From Calditrichales bacterium (lineage in GTDB: Bacteria; Calditrichota; Calditrichia; Calditrichales; J004), in the NCBI GenBank assembly GCA_965267575.1, contig OZ254086.1, positions 2,400,001 to 2,464,000 on the forward strand: DNA of 64,000 nt, read 5' to 3'. Position 1 is the stretch's first letter. The number at the start of each line of letters is the position of its first letter. The position numbers and the translations under genes were made by a program. Shown piece after piece: positions 8,953 through 17,587 of this stretch. The notes below the pieces were generated by a model that saw only the letters and a program-made list of their open reading frames with translations, searched no databases and was not told the DNA's origin.

Positions 8953-9687
8953 ATGAGCTTTATTTTCGAGCTTTTTCGCGATATGCCCCGGCAGGGACCG
9001 GGCTCAGACGCCTCGACGCTGAGAGCGCTGGAAGCGGTGAGCCTGCCCGGTAGCCCGCGGGTGCTCGACGTGGGTTGCGGCAGTGGCGCGCAAACGCTGG
9101 CCCTGGCGCGACATCTGCGAGGCAGCATCACTGCCGTCGATATTTACCAGCCTTTTCTCGATAAGCTGCAACAGAGGGCCAATGAATCTGAACTGCAAAG
9201 CACCGTGACAAGCGCCTGCCAATCGATGAGTGATCTGGATTTTCCTGAATCGTTTTTTGACCTGATCTGGAGCGAGGGCGCCATTTACATTATCGGCTTT
9301 AAAGAAGGGCTCACACGCTGGCGGCGCTCCCTGAAAAAAGGCGGCTACCTGGTTGCGTCTGAGATGACCTGGCTGCGGGATGATCCCCCGGCGGAAGCAA
9401 AGGATTTCTGGGAGGAGGCTTACCCGGCCATGGGGAGTATCAGCTCTAATCTCGCCGTGGCCCAAAAGGCCGGTTTCAGCGAGGTGCATCATTTTGTGTT
9501 GCCGGATTCCGACTGGTGGGATGGTTTTTATAATCCCCTGATGGAGCGTGTGTCATACTTTCGCAAAACCAGGCGTGATGACGCCGAAGCACAGGCCGAA
9601 CTCGACGCCACCGAACATGAAATCCGCCTGTTTGAAAAATATGCCGGGTATTACAATTACGTCTTTTATATCCTCAAAAAGAATTGA
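8953..9687 (+). CDS. Class I SAM-dependent methyltransferase
   Basis: PRQGPGS, VLDVGCGSG, FDLIWSEGAIY motifs. Confidence 0.9.
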   Translation: MSFIFELFRDMPRQGPGSDASTLRALEAVSLPGSPRVLDVGCGSGAQTLALARHLRGSITAVDIYQPFLDKLQQRANESELQSTVTSACQSMSDLDFPESFFDLIWSEGAIYIIGFKEGLTRWRRSLKKGGYLVASEMTWLRDDPPAEAKDFWEEAYPAMGSISSNLAVAQKAGFSEVHHFVLPDSDWWDGFYNPLMERVSYFRKTRRDDAEAQAELDATEHEIRLFEKYAGYYNYVFYILKKN

Positions 9688-9696
9688 GAGTCCGCC

Positions 9697-10302
9697 ATGG
9701 GCAAACTTTCAGATTTCTTTAAAAGCACTTCTTTTCTTGAGAAAGCGTTGTTGCTGCTTCTTACGGCGGGGCTCAGCGGTCTGTTGATCCCACTGATCAC
9801 GTCGGAGGTGGCACATCGTAATATGAAAGAGCAAAAGCAGCTTGAGGCGCAGCTCGCCCGCCAGGCCAGCGTGATCGAAGCGCAGGTGCAGCTGCTGGAA
9901 ACACTGGCCGATTTATTGTGGGAGTACCAGCTGCTGGCCATCGATGTTTCCTACTACCGCTTTGCCAAGGATGAAAACCTCTACCGCGCGGCAGCAAAAA
10001 AATATGACAACCGATCGGCATCCCTTTTGAGCCGTATCCGTGCCGAAATCAGTAAATCGCTACGCTTGTCCGCTCCACAGATGTACGAGCGGCTAAAGGG
10101 GCTTTATAACAAAGAGTTACTGGGCCTGGACCTGCGTCTGCGTAATTTGATGGAGGGCCACAAAAACGACTGGAGCGCCTTCAATCAATACGCCGTGTGG
10201 GAGCTTTCCGAGACGGTGGATAACGTTCTCAATGACCTGGCCGCTGATCTGGAGCTTAAGGCGCCAGTGAAAGAATCGGAAGAAAACCCGGGTGAAGAGT
10301 AA
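9697..10302 (+). CDS. Hypothetical membrane-anchored helical protein
   Basis: One N-terminal TM then a coiled/helical region; fits in the gene string. Confidence 0.65.
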   Translation: MGKLSDFFKSTSFLEKALLLLLTAGLSGLLIPLITSEVAHRNMKEQKQLEAQLARQASVIEAQVQLLETLADLLWEYQLLAIDVSYYRFAKDENLYRAAAKKYDNRSASLLSRIRAEISKSLRLSAPQMYERLKGLYNKELLGLDLRLRNLMEGHKNDWSAFNQYAVWELSETVDNVLNDLAADLELKAPVKESEENPGEE

Positions 10303-10330
10303 TCGTCCATTACCAAATATAATACGTTTG

Positions 10331-10359
10331 TTGACACCCGACACGTTGCACTATATATT
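10331..10359 (+). promoter_or_regulatory. Sigma-70-type promoter of higBA (probably leaderless transcript)
   Basis: TTGACA (10331-36), 17 bp, TATATT (10354-59); ATG 7 nt after the -10 and no SD. Confidence 0.7.
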
Positions 10360-10365
10360 CCAAAA

Positions 10366-10644
10366 ATGATCAGAACATTTCGACATAAGGGGCTAAAGCA
10401 GTACTTCGAATCAGGTAAGGCTTCTAAAATTAATGCTGAACATATAAATAAAGTGCGGCTTATTTTAACAATGTTGAATGCTTCCCGGGAACCGCGGGAC
10501 ATGAATTTTCCAGGCTCTGGGTTGCATCAGTTGAAAGGCGGGCTAAAAGGATTCTGGTCAGTAAAGGTAGGTGGAAACTGGAGAATAATATTTAAGTTTC
10601 AACAGAACGATGTCTACGAAGTTGACTATATCGATTATCATTAA
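10366..10644 (+). CDS. higB: HigB/RelE-family toxin
   Basis: MIRTFRHKGLK...LHQLKG...WSVKVGGNWRIIF...VDYIDYH. Confidence 0.92.
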   Translation: MIRTFRHKGLKQYFESGKASKINAEHINKVRLILTMLNASREPRDMNFPGSGLHQLKGGLKGFWSVKVGGNWRIIFKFQQNDVYEVDYIDYH

Positions 10645-10658
10645 GAGAGGTACAATAT

Positions 10659-10949
10659 ATGCATAATCCGGCACATCCCGGAGAAGTTTTACGGGAAATA
10701 TATATTACCCCGCTGGAACTGACAGTAACGGAAACCGCGCGGGCTTTGGGAGTTACCAGAAAAGCGTTATCCGAACTGATTAATTGCAAAGCGGGCATTA
10801 GCATCACGATGGCGTTAAAACTGTCAAAGGCTTTTAATACAACGCCGGAGTATTGGCTAAATATGCAGCAGAATTTTGACCTATGGCATGCAAGAAAGAA
10901 AATAAAGCTTGGCTCCGTAAAAGTTTTAACCGAAGAGCCGTCAGCCTAA
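10659..10949 (+). CDS. higA: HigA antitoxin (HTH)
   Basis: HPGEVL...TETARALGVTRKALSELIN...TPEYWLNMQ; downstream of higB. Confidence 0.92.
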   Translation: MHNPAHPGEVLREIYITPLELTVTETARALGVTRKALSELINCKAGISITMALKLSKAFNTTPEYWLNMQQNFDLWHARKKIKLGSVKVLTEEPSA

Positions 10950-11260
10950 TGGCCCATTACCTCGTCACCGCGAAACCAAAACAAGAACGCCTTCCAAAGT
11001 TGAAACAAAAATTGCATGAAAAAGCATTTGCCGGTTTGAAGCCATTCGGCCAGGCATTGACCTACAGCCTTGAAAACGCCCGTATGCGCGCTGACGGTTA
11101 CGCTGTCTGGGAAGAAGAGGATTATTGCTCTCCGCCGCTTGCCGAAGAGCGGCATGCCGTGCTGGACACCTATTTTGATGACATCAGCGTGGAAGTTGTG
11201 AAAGAAGGGCAGGGCTGGCAGCGGATAGAGGATTTGCCGCTTCTATTGAAATTGGTGTGA
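10949..11260 (+). CDS. Hypothetical protein
   Basis: ATG overlaps the higA stop (TAATG); MAHYLVTAK...WEEEDYCSPPLAEER. Confidence 0.7.
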   Translation: MAHYLVTAKPKQERLPKLKQKLHEKAFAGLKPFGQALTYSLENARMRADGYAVWEEEDYCSPPLAEERHAVLDTYFDDISVEVVKEGQGWQRIEDLPLLLKLV

Positions 11261-11335
11261 TGGAGAAGTCCATTGCTGAAACATCAGCCCGCCGGATATC
11301 TAAAATTCGAGAAAGTATTTACTTTTCTTTCTTTA

Positions 11336-11366
11336 TGTATTACCTTTCCGTCATAATTGTAATACA
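11336..11366. promoter_or_regulatory. Inverted repeat operator of the RHH-PIN toxin-antitoxin operon
   Basis: TGTATTAC (11336-43) N15 GTAATACA (11359-66) directly before the SD. Confidence 0.6.
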
Positions 11367-11375
11367 GGAGAATTG

Positions 11376-11615
11376 ATGGATACGTTAACTTTAAAAATAC
11401 CGGAAGGTATTAAAGAAAGGCTAAATTCTTATTCAAAACGAAAAGGCTTAAGTAAGTCTGAGATAGTAAGAAAAGCATTGACGGATTATTTTGAGAAAGA
11501 TGACCTTGACAGGCAGGATTCTTTCTACGATTTAGCAAAAGATTTAGCCGGAAGCGTCAATGAAAAAGAAGACCTTTCGATAAACAAAGAACATCTCAGT
11601 GGATATGGAATGTGA
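11376..11615 (+). CDS. CopG/RHH antitoxin (VapB-like)
   Basis: TLTLKIPE...LSKSEIVRKAL ribbon-helix-helix; overlaps the PIN gene. Confidence 0.85.
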   Translation: MDTLTLKIPEGIKERLNSYSKRKGLSKSEIVRKALTDYFEKDDLDRQDSFYDLAKDLAGSVNEKEDLSINKEHLSGYGM

Positions 11616-12031
11616 AAAATAAAAGGGTAATTATTGATACCGGTCCTTTGGTTGCCTTTTTAAATAAACCGGACAAATACCATGAGTGGGCATTAACGCA
11701 ATTTGCCCTGCAAAAACCACCGTTCTTTACCTGCGAATCTGTAATCTCTGAAGTTTGTTTTTTGCTTAGGAATTCCGAAACAGGTGTACAGAATACTCTT
11801 TCTCTGATTGAAAGAAATCTAATTCAAATCCCATTTAATTTTGAAGCTGAAATCAGCGCCGTAAAATCACTATTAAAAAAATATAAAGATATTCCAATGT
11901 CACTTGCCGATGCCTGTTTAGTCAGAATGAGTGAGCAAATATCCGAAAGTATTATTTTTACAATGGATAGTGATTTCCACGTATATCGCAAAGACAGGAG
12001 AAAAGTAATCCCCGTAATTATGCCGGATTAA
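11612..12031 (+). CDS. vapC: PIN-domain toxin (VapC-like)
   Basis: IIDTGPL, ISE, SLADA, TMDSDF acidic residues. Confidence 0.88.
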   Translation: MKNKRVIIDTGPLVAFLNKPDKYHEWALTQFALQKPPFFTCESVISEVCFLLRNSETGVQNTLSLIERNLIQIPFNFEAEISAVKSLLKKYKDIPMSLADACLVRMSEQISESIIFTMDSDFHVYRKDRRKVIPVIMPD

Positions 12032-12157
12032 GCCGTACCATAAATACCCCGCCTTGTTATCTGCTTCATCCCATTGCTTCTTTCACTTCGCCTGCTTAAT
12101 ATAGTTTTGTAATGTTACGTTAAAGTGGGCGTTGTTGTGAAATTTCGAAACAGGCTT

Positions 12158-12811
12158 ATGTACTTTAGACTCTGTTTTTTAAGCTGCGCCGTTGTCTTTA
12201 TTCTTTTAAACGGCTGTGTTACCACGAACTATTATACCGGCCGCACCCTGGACGATGGCGAAGTTGTGCTTACACCCGGTGTGGATAACCTTGTTATTGT
12301 TGAGAATGAAGACGGCATTGTTCAGAAAGACCTTTCCTTCAGCATAAGTTTTGGTATCGCGCGCGGTTTTCCCTGGCGTTTCGAGGCCGGCATCCGCACC
12401 TATTTCCCCTATGTTTATGAAGCCAACCTGCGGCATCAGATCAACCCACGCTCCTTTACATGGTTTGATATAAGCGCCAACTTCCACGGCGGCGTTATTT
12501 TGGATATTGAAGAACCTATGGAAACCACGAATCCATATTTTAAATATGGCCTGACCATAAGCCGGGAAATTTTTGGGACGCAGCCTTATTTCAGCTACTA
12601 CCTGGTAAAAAACGCGCTTTTAGGAGAACTGTCCGATAACTTTGATTTTGAGAAAACATATTGCGCTGGCTGGGCTTTACCTTACAGTGGCGATTTGATC
12701 TTTCCTGAAATCAATTACTTTGCCGGGGATGGCGTGCGAAAAGGTTTTTTTACATTCGGGATAGGCGTGAGGGCAAAATTGGATAAAGCCGAAAAACCGA
12801 AGGAGCGTTAA
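12158..12811 (+). CDS. Hypothetical lipoprotein with beta-strand-rich (barrel-like) body
   Basis: LLNG-C lipobox; alternating hydrophobic strands, FTFGIGVR near the end. Confidence 0.7.
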   Translation: MYFRLCFLSCAVVFILLNGCVTTNYYTGRTLDDGEVVLTPGVDNLVIVENEDGIVQKDLSFSISFGIARGFPWRFEAGIRTYFPYVYEANLRHQINPRSFTWFDISANFHGGVILDIEEPMETTNPYFKYGLTISREIFGTQPYFSYYLVKNALLGELSDNFDFEKTYCAGWALPYSGDLIFPEINYFAGDGVRKGFFTFGIGVRAKLDKAEKPKER

Positions 12812-12814
12812 ATG

Positions 12815-12962
12815 AAGCTTATACGACTCCAGCCCTGTTTTTGACGGCGTGATCCTGGAAGGCTATTACACGCTCCTTGAGCATTACGGCATAACCGGCA
12901 CGCTTTTTGTCTTGGAGAAGGGCAGTTTTAATTTGGGCATGGGGTTGAGGTATGTGCTCTAA
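12815..12962 (+). pseudogene. Possible orphan C-terminal fragment of an outer-membrane protein gene
   Basis: Frame without a good start reads ...YDSSPVFDGVILEGYYTLLEHYGITGTLFVLEKGSFNLGMGLRYVL-stop, a beta-signal-like ending. Confidence 0.3.
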
Positions 12963-13108
12963 TTTGCTGTTTAATAGCTAAAGTTATACATGCATGCGGA
13001 ATATGGAAATATTTCATGTTTTCATATATTACTAACTAATATAAAATATTAAAGAATGATCTGGCTTTAACTGCTCGGTGGACGCATAAGTTTTCGGAAA
13101 GATGCATT

Positions 13109-13768
13109 ATGAAAATCAAAGAAAAAGAAGCGGTTTTATTTGATCAATGGGAAAAAAATCGAAAAGGATTTGTGTTCGACGGTGTTGTGTCGGAAGAAGA
13201 TTATCTAAAATCTAAAATTAAGCTATGCTTTGTGCTTAAAGAGGTGAACGACAAGGATGGTGGCGGTTGGGACCTGCGCGAATATATCAAGAATGGTGCC
13301 CGCAAACAATCATGGGATAATATTACAAGATGGGTTAAATGCATTCGAAACATTAATTTAGAGTATAAGTGGGTTGAACTAGCCAATGTTGTGGAGGATG
13401 AACGGAAAAGTTTCCTACGTTCTATTAGTGTAATGAACCTAAAGAAAACCCCTGGCGGGTACACTAGCATAAAGGCAAGTTTTAATAAAGTTGTATTCCA
13501 GGATAAAGAATATATACAGAAACAATATGCCATTTATTCTCCTGATATTACTATATGTTGTGGGACGGGGTGGGAAATGCGGTCTGTATTAAATTTGGAT
13601 GGTAGTAAAATTTATAACACAAACAGGGGCATTGAATGGTTCTTAAATAACGCAAGCAAACCAGTCATTATTTATACCCATCCAGAAGCAAGGGTACAAG
13701 ACTCTTTGCTTGTTTATGGACTGGTTGATGCAATACGAGAAATTGCAAAATACCCTAATGTCGAATAA
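13109..13768 (+). CDS. Hypothetical protein, possible uracil-DNA-glycosylase-superfamily fold; AT-rich
   Basis: Motif order KLCFVLKE, VMNLKK, PDITICCG, THP resembles the UDG superfamily; assignment by eye only. Confidence 0.55.
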   Translation: MKIKEKEAVLFDQWEKNRKGFVFDGVVSEEDYLKSKIKLCFVLKEVNDKDGGGWDLREYIKNGARKQSWDNITRWVKCIRNINLEYKWVELANVVEDERKSFLRSISVMNLKKTPGGYTSIKASFNKVVFQDKEYIQKQYAIYSPDITICCGTGWEMRSVLNLDGSKIYNTNRGIEWFLNNASKPVIIYTHPEARVQDSLLVYGLVDAIREIAKYPNVE

Positions 13769-13770
13769 AT

Positions 13771-14196
13771 GTGAAAAACATTATTTTTGTAGAATACATA
13801 GCCAACTTAAATGGAATAGCCATGAATCCATATATAAGATTAAAACAGATAGGATCTCTTGGTTTAATAACTAATGAGTCATTTAAATTAAGTATTAAGT
13901 TTTCTATAGAGTATGGTAGTTTTGGAGAATTGCAAACTGCTGAATACTCTTTTAGAGACCGAAGCTGGTCTGTTGATGATAGGTCTTTATCAGAATATTT
14001 AAAATACGTAGTTAATTTAAATTCTGATTTAAGAGCTATGTTAGATTTAATGTTAGAAACATTTTGTCATAACGTAGTAGCGAATTCAGAAAAGATTTTA
14101 GCTGATAAAACAAAGAAAGAAGAATTAGAAGAGGCAACTTTCGAAATAAAAAACATTGACTTGATAAGTGAAGATTTTAGAGATGCCTTTAAATAA
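13771..14196 (+). CDS. Hypothetical protein, very AT-rich (start may be ATG 13822)
   Basis: Open frame in AT-rich DNA where chance ORFs are rare; no recognisable motif. Confidence 0.55.
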   Translation: MKNIIFVEYIANLNGIAMNPYIRLKQIGSLGLITNESFKLSIKFSIEYGSFGELQTAEYSFRDRSWSVDDRSLSEYLKYVVNLNSDLRAMLDLMLETFCHNVVANSEKILADKTKKEELEEATFEIKNIDLISEDFRDAFK

Positions 14197-14455
14197 ACAA
14201 GAAACCAAAATCGTAAAAATTGGCAGCTCTTGGGGTATCAGGATCCCTAAATCTTTTATTGAGCAAACGGGTATAGAAAACGAAGTGGAGCTGGAGGTAA
14301 AAGGCAATGCGATTGTTATAAAGCCGATATCCGAAGTACGTAAAAACTGGGAAGCAGCCTTCCGGAAAATGGGCGAAAATAAAGATGACGTTTTGCCGAA
14401 CCGCGACGCGCTCAACACACAATTATCCGTGGACGAGGATGAGTGGAACTGGTGA
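14183..14455 (+). CDS. AbrB/MazE-family antitoxin, no adjacent toxin
   Basis: TKIVKIGSSWGIRIPK...VELEVKGNAIVIKP; acidic C-terminus DEDEWNW. Confidence 0.82.
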   Translation: MPLNKQETKIVKIGSSWGIRIPKSFIEQTGIENEVELEVKGNAIVIKPISEVRKNWEAAFRKMGENKDDVLPNRDALNTQLSVDEDEWNW

Positions 14456-14494
14456 CCAAAAACGCCCCGCTCGCGCCAGCCCACACCCTACCTT

Positions 14495-17400
14495 TTAAGC
14501 CTCCGCAACAGCCGCCTTTGCCTTTCTTCGAGCCAATAAATCATATACACCTGAATAGACCACCGGTATTAAAAACAGCGTAATCAGCGTGGAGACCGAC
14601 AAACCGCCGATCACCGCGCGGGCCAGGGCGGCCTGGATCTCACCACCGGCGCCACCGCCAAAAGCCAGCGGCAGCATGCCCAGCACCGTCGTGCAGGTGG
14701 TCATTAAAATGGGGCGCAGGCGTAAACGGCCCGATTGCGCCACCGCCTGGTACACATCCAGGTTTTGCTCGCGGCGCATCAGGTTGATGTAATCCACCAG
14801 CACAATGGCGTTATTCACCACAATACCAATCAGCATCACGATGCCCATCAGGCTTTGTATGTTCAGCGATGTGCCGGTCAGCAGCAGTGTGGGCACCACG
14901 CCGATAAGCGCCAGCGGCACGGCCACCATCACGATCAGCGGATCGAGAAAGCGCTCAAACTGCGCCGCCATCACCATGTAAATCAGCACCAGCGCCATCA
15001 ACACGGCCAGCAGGAAATCGCCCTGCGCCTTTTGCTGCTCCTCGTACTCGCCGCTGAAAACCAGCGAAAAATCGGCCGGCAGGGCAAAATCGCTCAGCTC
15101 ATCCTGCAGCTTTGCCACCACATCACCCAGGGCCGCACCGCTTTGCAGGTTGGCGCGGATGTAGGTCACACGCTGTCCGTCCACCCGGTCAATGTCGGTG
15201 GGGCTGCGCCGCCGCTCCACGCTCACCACGGAAGAAACCGGCGTGATGCGACCGCTGCCGGTACGCAGGGAGACATTTTTCAAATCCTGCGTGCTCAGCC
15301 TGTCTTCCGGCTGCAGCCGCACGGTAATCGGAAACTCTTCGCCGCCTTCACGGAAAACACCTGCGCGGCTGCCGCCCACATTGGTCTGCACCACCTGGGC
15401 CACCTGGTTCACCGTCATGCCCAGGTCGGCAATCTTTTCACGGTCAATGATTAAATTTTGCTCGGGGCGTCCTTCACGGCGGCTTACGCGCACATCGGCG
15501 ATCTCCGGCCGGCCCTCCATGATGCCCTTGATCTGCCCGGCCAGTTGGTCGGCCAGGTCCAGGTCATAGCCGCGCAGTTCAACCTCCACGGCTTCACCAC
15601 CGCCGGAGCCAAACAGGCGGCGCAGCATCCACAAACCGGACTGGGCGTCTACTTCCACGCGCGCCCCGGGGATTTTACCCTCCACGTGGCGGCGGATACG
15701 GTCGGCCAGCACAAAACTGTCTATAGTGCGCTCATCGGCGCCTTTCAGCGATATTTCCACTTCGGCATCACCGGGGCGTATTTCCACGGACATATGCTTC
15801 ATCTGGTCCGCCGGCGTTACTTCACGCACCAGCCGCTGCAGTTCGTTCAGATACTTGTTGACCACGGCGATATTGGTGCCCTGGGCCATTTCCAGTTCCA
15901 CGTCGATTTCATCGGCGTCGGTTTGCGGCGCCAGTTCCACCGGCAAAAGCGGCCACAGCAAAATTGCAATCACAAGCAACGTAAGAGTTATGGTGACAAT
16001 GCGGACACGGTGGTTCAGGGCGATCTCCAGTTGCCGCGCATAACCTTCTTCCAGCTTAAGGAACCAGCGGCCCAGGCGCGTTTTGCTGTCGTCCGTGGTT
16101 TTTTCCCCGGCAGCCACGGTGAGGAAACGGCTGCTCAGCATCGGCACCAGCGTCAGCGCCACCAGCAGTGAGCAGAGCAGGGCAAACACAACCACCAAAG
16201 CCAGCTCCCTGAACAACATGCCCGAAACGGTATTCATAAAAACAACGGGGAAAAATATCACGATCGTGGTAAGGGTGGAGGCCACGATGGCGCCGCCCAC
16301 CTGCCTGGTGCCGACCAGCGCGCTCTCCTCGAGGCTTTTGCGGTTTTCGCGCAGGCGCACAATGTTTTCCAGCACCACGATGGCGTTGTCGATGATCAGC
16401 CCGATGCCCAGCGCCAACCCGCCAAAGCTCATCTGGTTGAGGGTCAGGTTGTTAAAGTATAACAGGCCAAAGCTGGCGATGATCGAAATGGGGATGGCGA
16501 GCGCGATGATAAATGTGGTGGAGCCGTTGCGTAAAAAGAGATAAAGGATAAATATGGCCAGCAGGCCGCCCCAAACCGCGGCATTCTGCACATTGTCGAT
16601 GGAATCCTGTATAAATTCGCTTTGATCAATGATCAGCATCAATTCGATGTCGCTGCGTTCGCGGTTGATCTGCTCGATTACTTTGCGGGCTTCTTCGGCC
16701 ACGGCCACGGTGTTGGCGCCCGATTGCTTACGGATGCCCAGGCGCACCATCGGCTGACCGTCGACCCTTACCAGGCGGTTCACGTCTTCATAGCCGTCAT
16801 AAACCACGGCTACATCCTTTACGCGGATGGGCTGCCCGTCCACCATGGTGATAATCGTGTTGCCGATCTGCTCCAGCGACTGGAATTCACCGCGGGTGCG
16901 CACATACATATCGCTCACACCTTCGCGCATGTCGCCGCCGGGCAGGGTGATGTTTTCACGCTGCAGCGCTTCTCGCACGTCGGACGCGGAGAGGCGGCTG
17001 GAGGCCAGGCGATCGCGCTTAAGCTGTATCTGAATCTCGCGGTAAATTCCGCCCCACACATCTACCGAGCCAACTCCAGGGAGCTGCTCAAAACGCTGCG
17101 AAATCTCGCGTTCCAGGATGCGCGTCAATTCGGCCATGTTGCGTTCGGAGCGCGCGCCAAGGATTACAACGGGGAAGTTGTCGGGGTCAAATTTCCACAG
17201 CCTGGGCGGCTCCACTTCCGGCGGAAAATCGTCGCGGATGCGGTCCAGGGCGGCACGAACGTCGTTGGCGGCTTCATCAATGTTGGTGCCCTGGGCAAAT
17301 TCCAAACGCACGCGGCTGCGGCCTTCGCTCGAGGAAGAGCGTACCTGCTCAATGTTGGGCACGGTGGCAATGGCGTTTTCCACACGGTCGGTTATGATGG

Positions 17401-17581
17401 TTTCGATCTCTTCGGGGCCCACGTTGCCATAATTTGTGGCAATGGTCAGTTGCGGATACTCGATGGGCGGCAGCAGGTCCACCGGCAAAAAGCGGAAGCC
17501 TGAAATACCCAAGACGATGATGATCAAAAAGACCATCGTGGTGGCAACGGGCCGTTTTACGGCAAGTTCGGTGATATTCAT
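14495..17581 (-). CDS. RND efflux permease (AcrB/AcrD/AcrF family)
   Basis: AVKRPVAT, DNAIVVLENI, RLRPILMTT; 1028 aa with 12-TM pattern. Confidence 0.95.
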   Translation of the reverse strand: MNITELAVKRPVATTMVFLIIIVLGISGFRFLPVDLLPPIEYPQLTIATNYGNVGPEEIETIITDRVENAIATVPNIEQVRSSSSEGRSRVRLEFAQGTNIDEAANDVRAALDRIRDDFPPEVEPPRLWKFDPDNFPVVILGARSERNMAELTRILEREISQRFEQLPGVGSVDVWGGIYREIQIQLKRDRLASSRLSASDVREALQRENITLPGGDMREGVSDMYVRTRGEFQSLEQIGNTIITMVDGQPIRVKDVAVVYDGYEDVNRLVRVDGQPMVRLGIRKQSGANTVAVAEEARKVIEQINRERSDIELMLIIDQSEFIQDSIDNVQNAAVWGGLLAIFILYLFLRNGSTTFIIALAIPISIIASFGLLYFNNLTLNQMSFGGLALGIGLIIDNAIVVLENIVRLRENRKSLEESALVGTRQVGGAIVASTLTTIVIFFPVVFMNTVSGMLFRELALVVVFALLCSLLVALTLVPMLSSRFLTVAAGEKTTDDSKTRLGRWFLKLEEGYARQLEIALNHRVRIVTITLTLLVIAILLWPLLPVELAPQTDADEIDVELEMAQGTNIAVVNKYLNELQRLVREVTPADQMKHMSVEIRPGDAEVEISLKGADERTIDSFVLADRIRRHVEGKIPGARVEVDAQSGLWMLRRLFGSGGGEAVEVELRGYDLDLADQLAGQIKGIMEGRPEIADVRVSRREGRPEQNLIIDREKIADLGMTVNQVAQVVQTNVGGSRAGVFREGGEEFPITVRLQPEDRLSTQDLKNVSLRTGSGRITPVSSVVSVERRRSPTDIDRVDGQRVTYIRANLQSGAALGDVVAKLQDELSDFALPADFSLVFSGEYEEQQKAQGDFLLAVLMALVLIYMVMAAQFERFLDPLIVMVAVPLALIGVVPTLLLTGTSLNIQSLMGIVMLIGIVVNNAIVLVDYINLMRREQNLDVYQAVAQSGRLRLRPILMTTCTTVLGMLPLAFGGGAGGEIQAALARAVIGGLSVSTLITLFLIPVVYSGVYDLLARRKAKAAVAEA

Positions 17582-17587
17582 ATTGCT

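Noticed and set aside
12955..13770. CTAAT motifs at 12959 and 13754 as integron attC cores
   Set aside because: No matching GTTRRRY partner or paired L boxes found, and the motif is common in AT-rich DNA.
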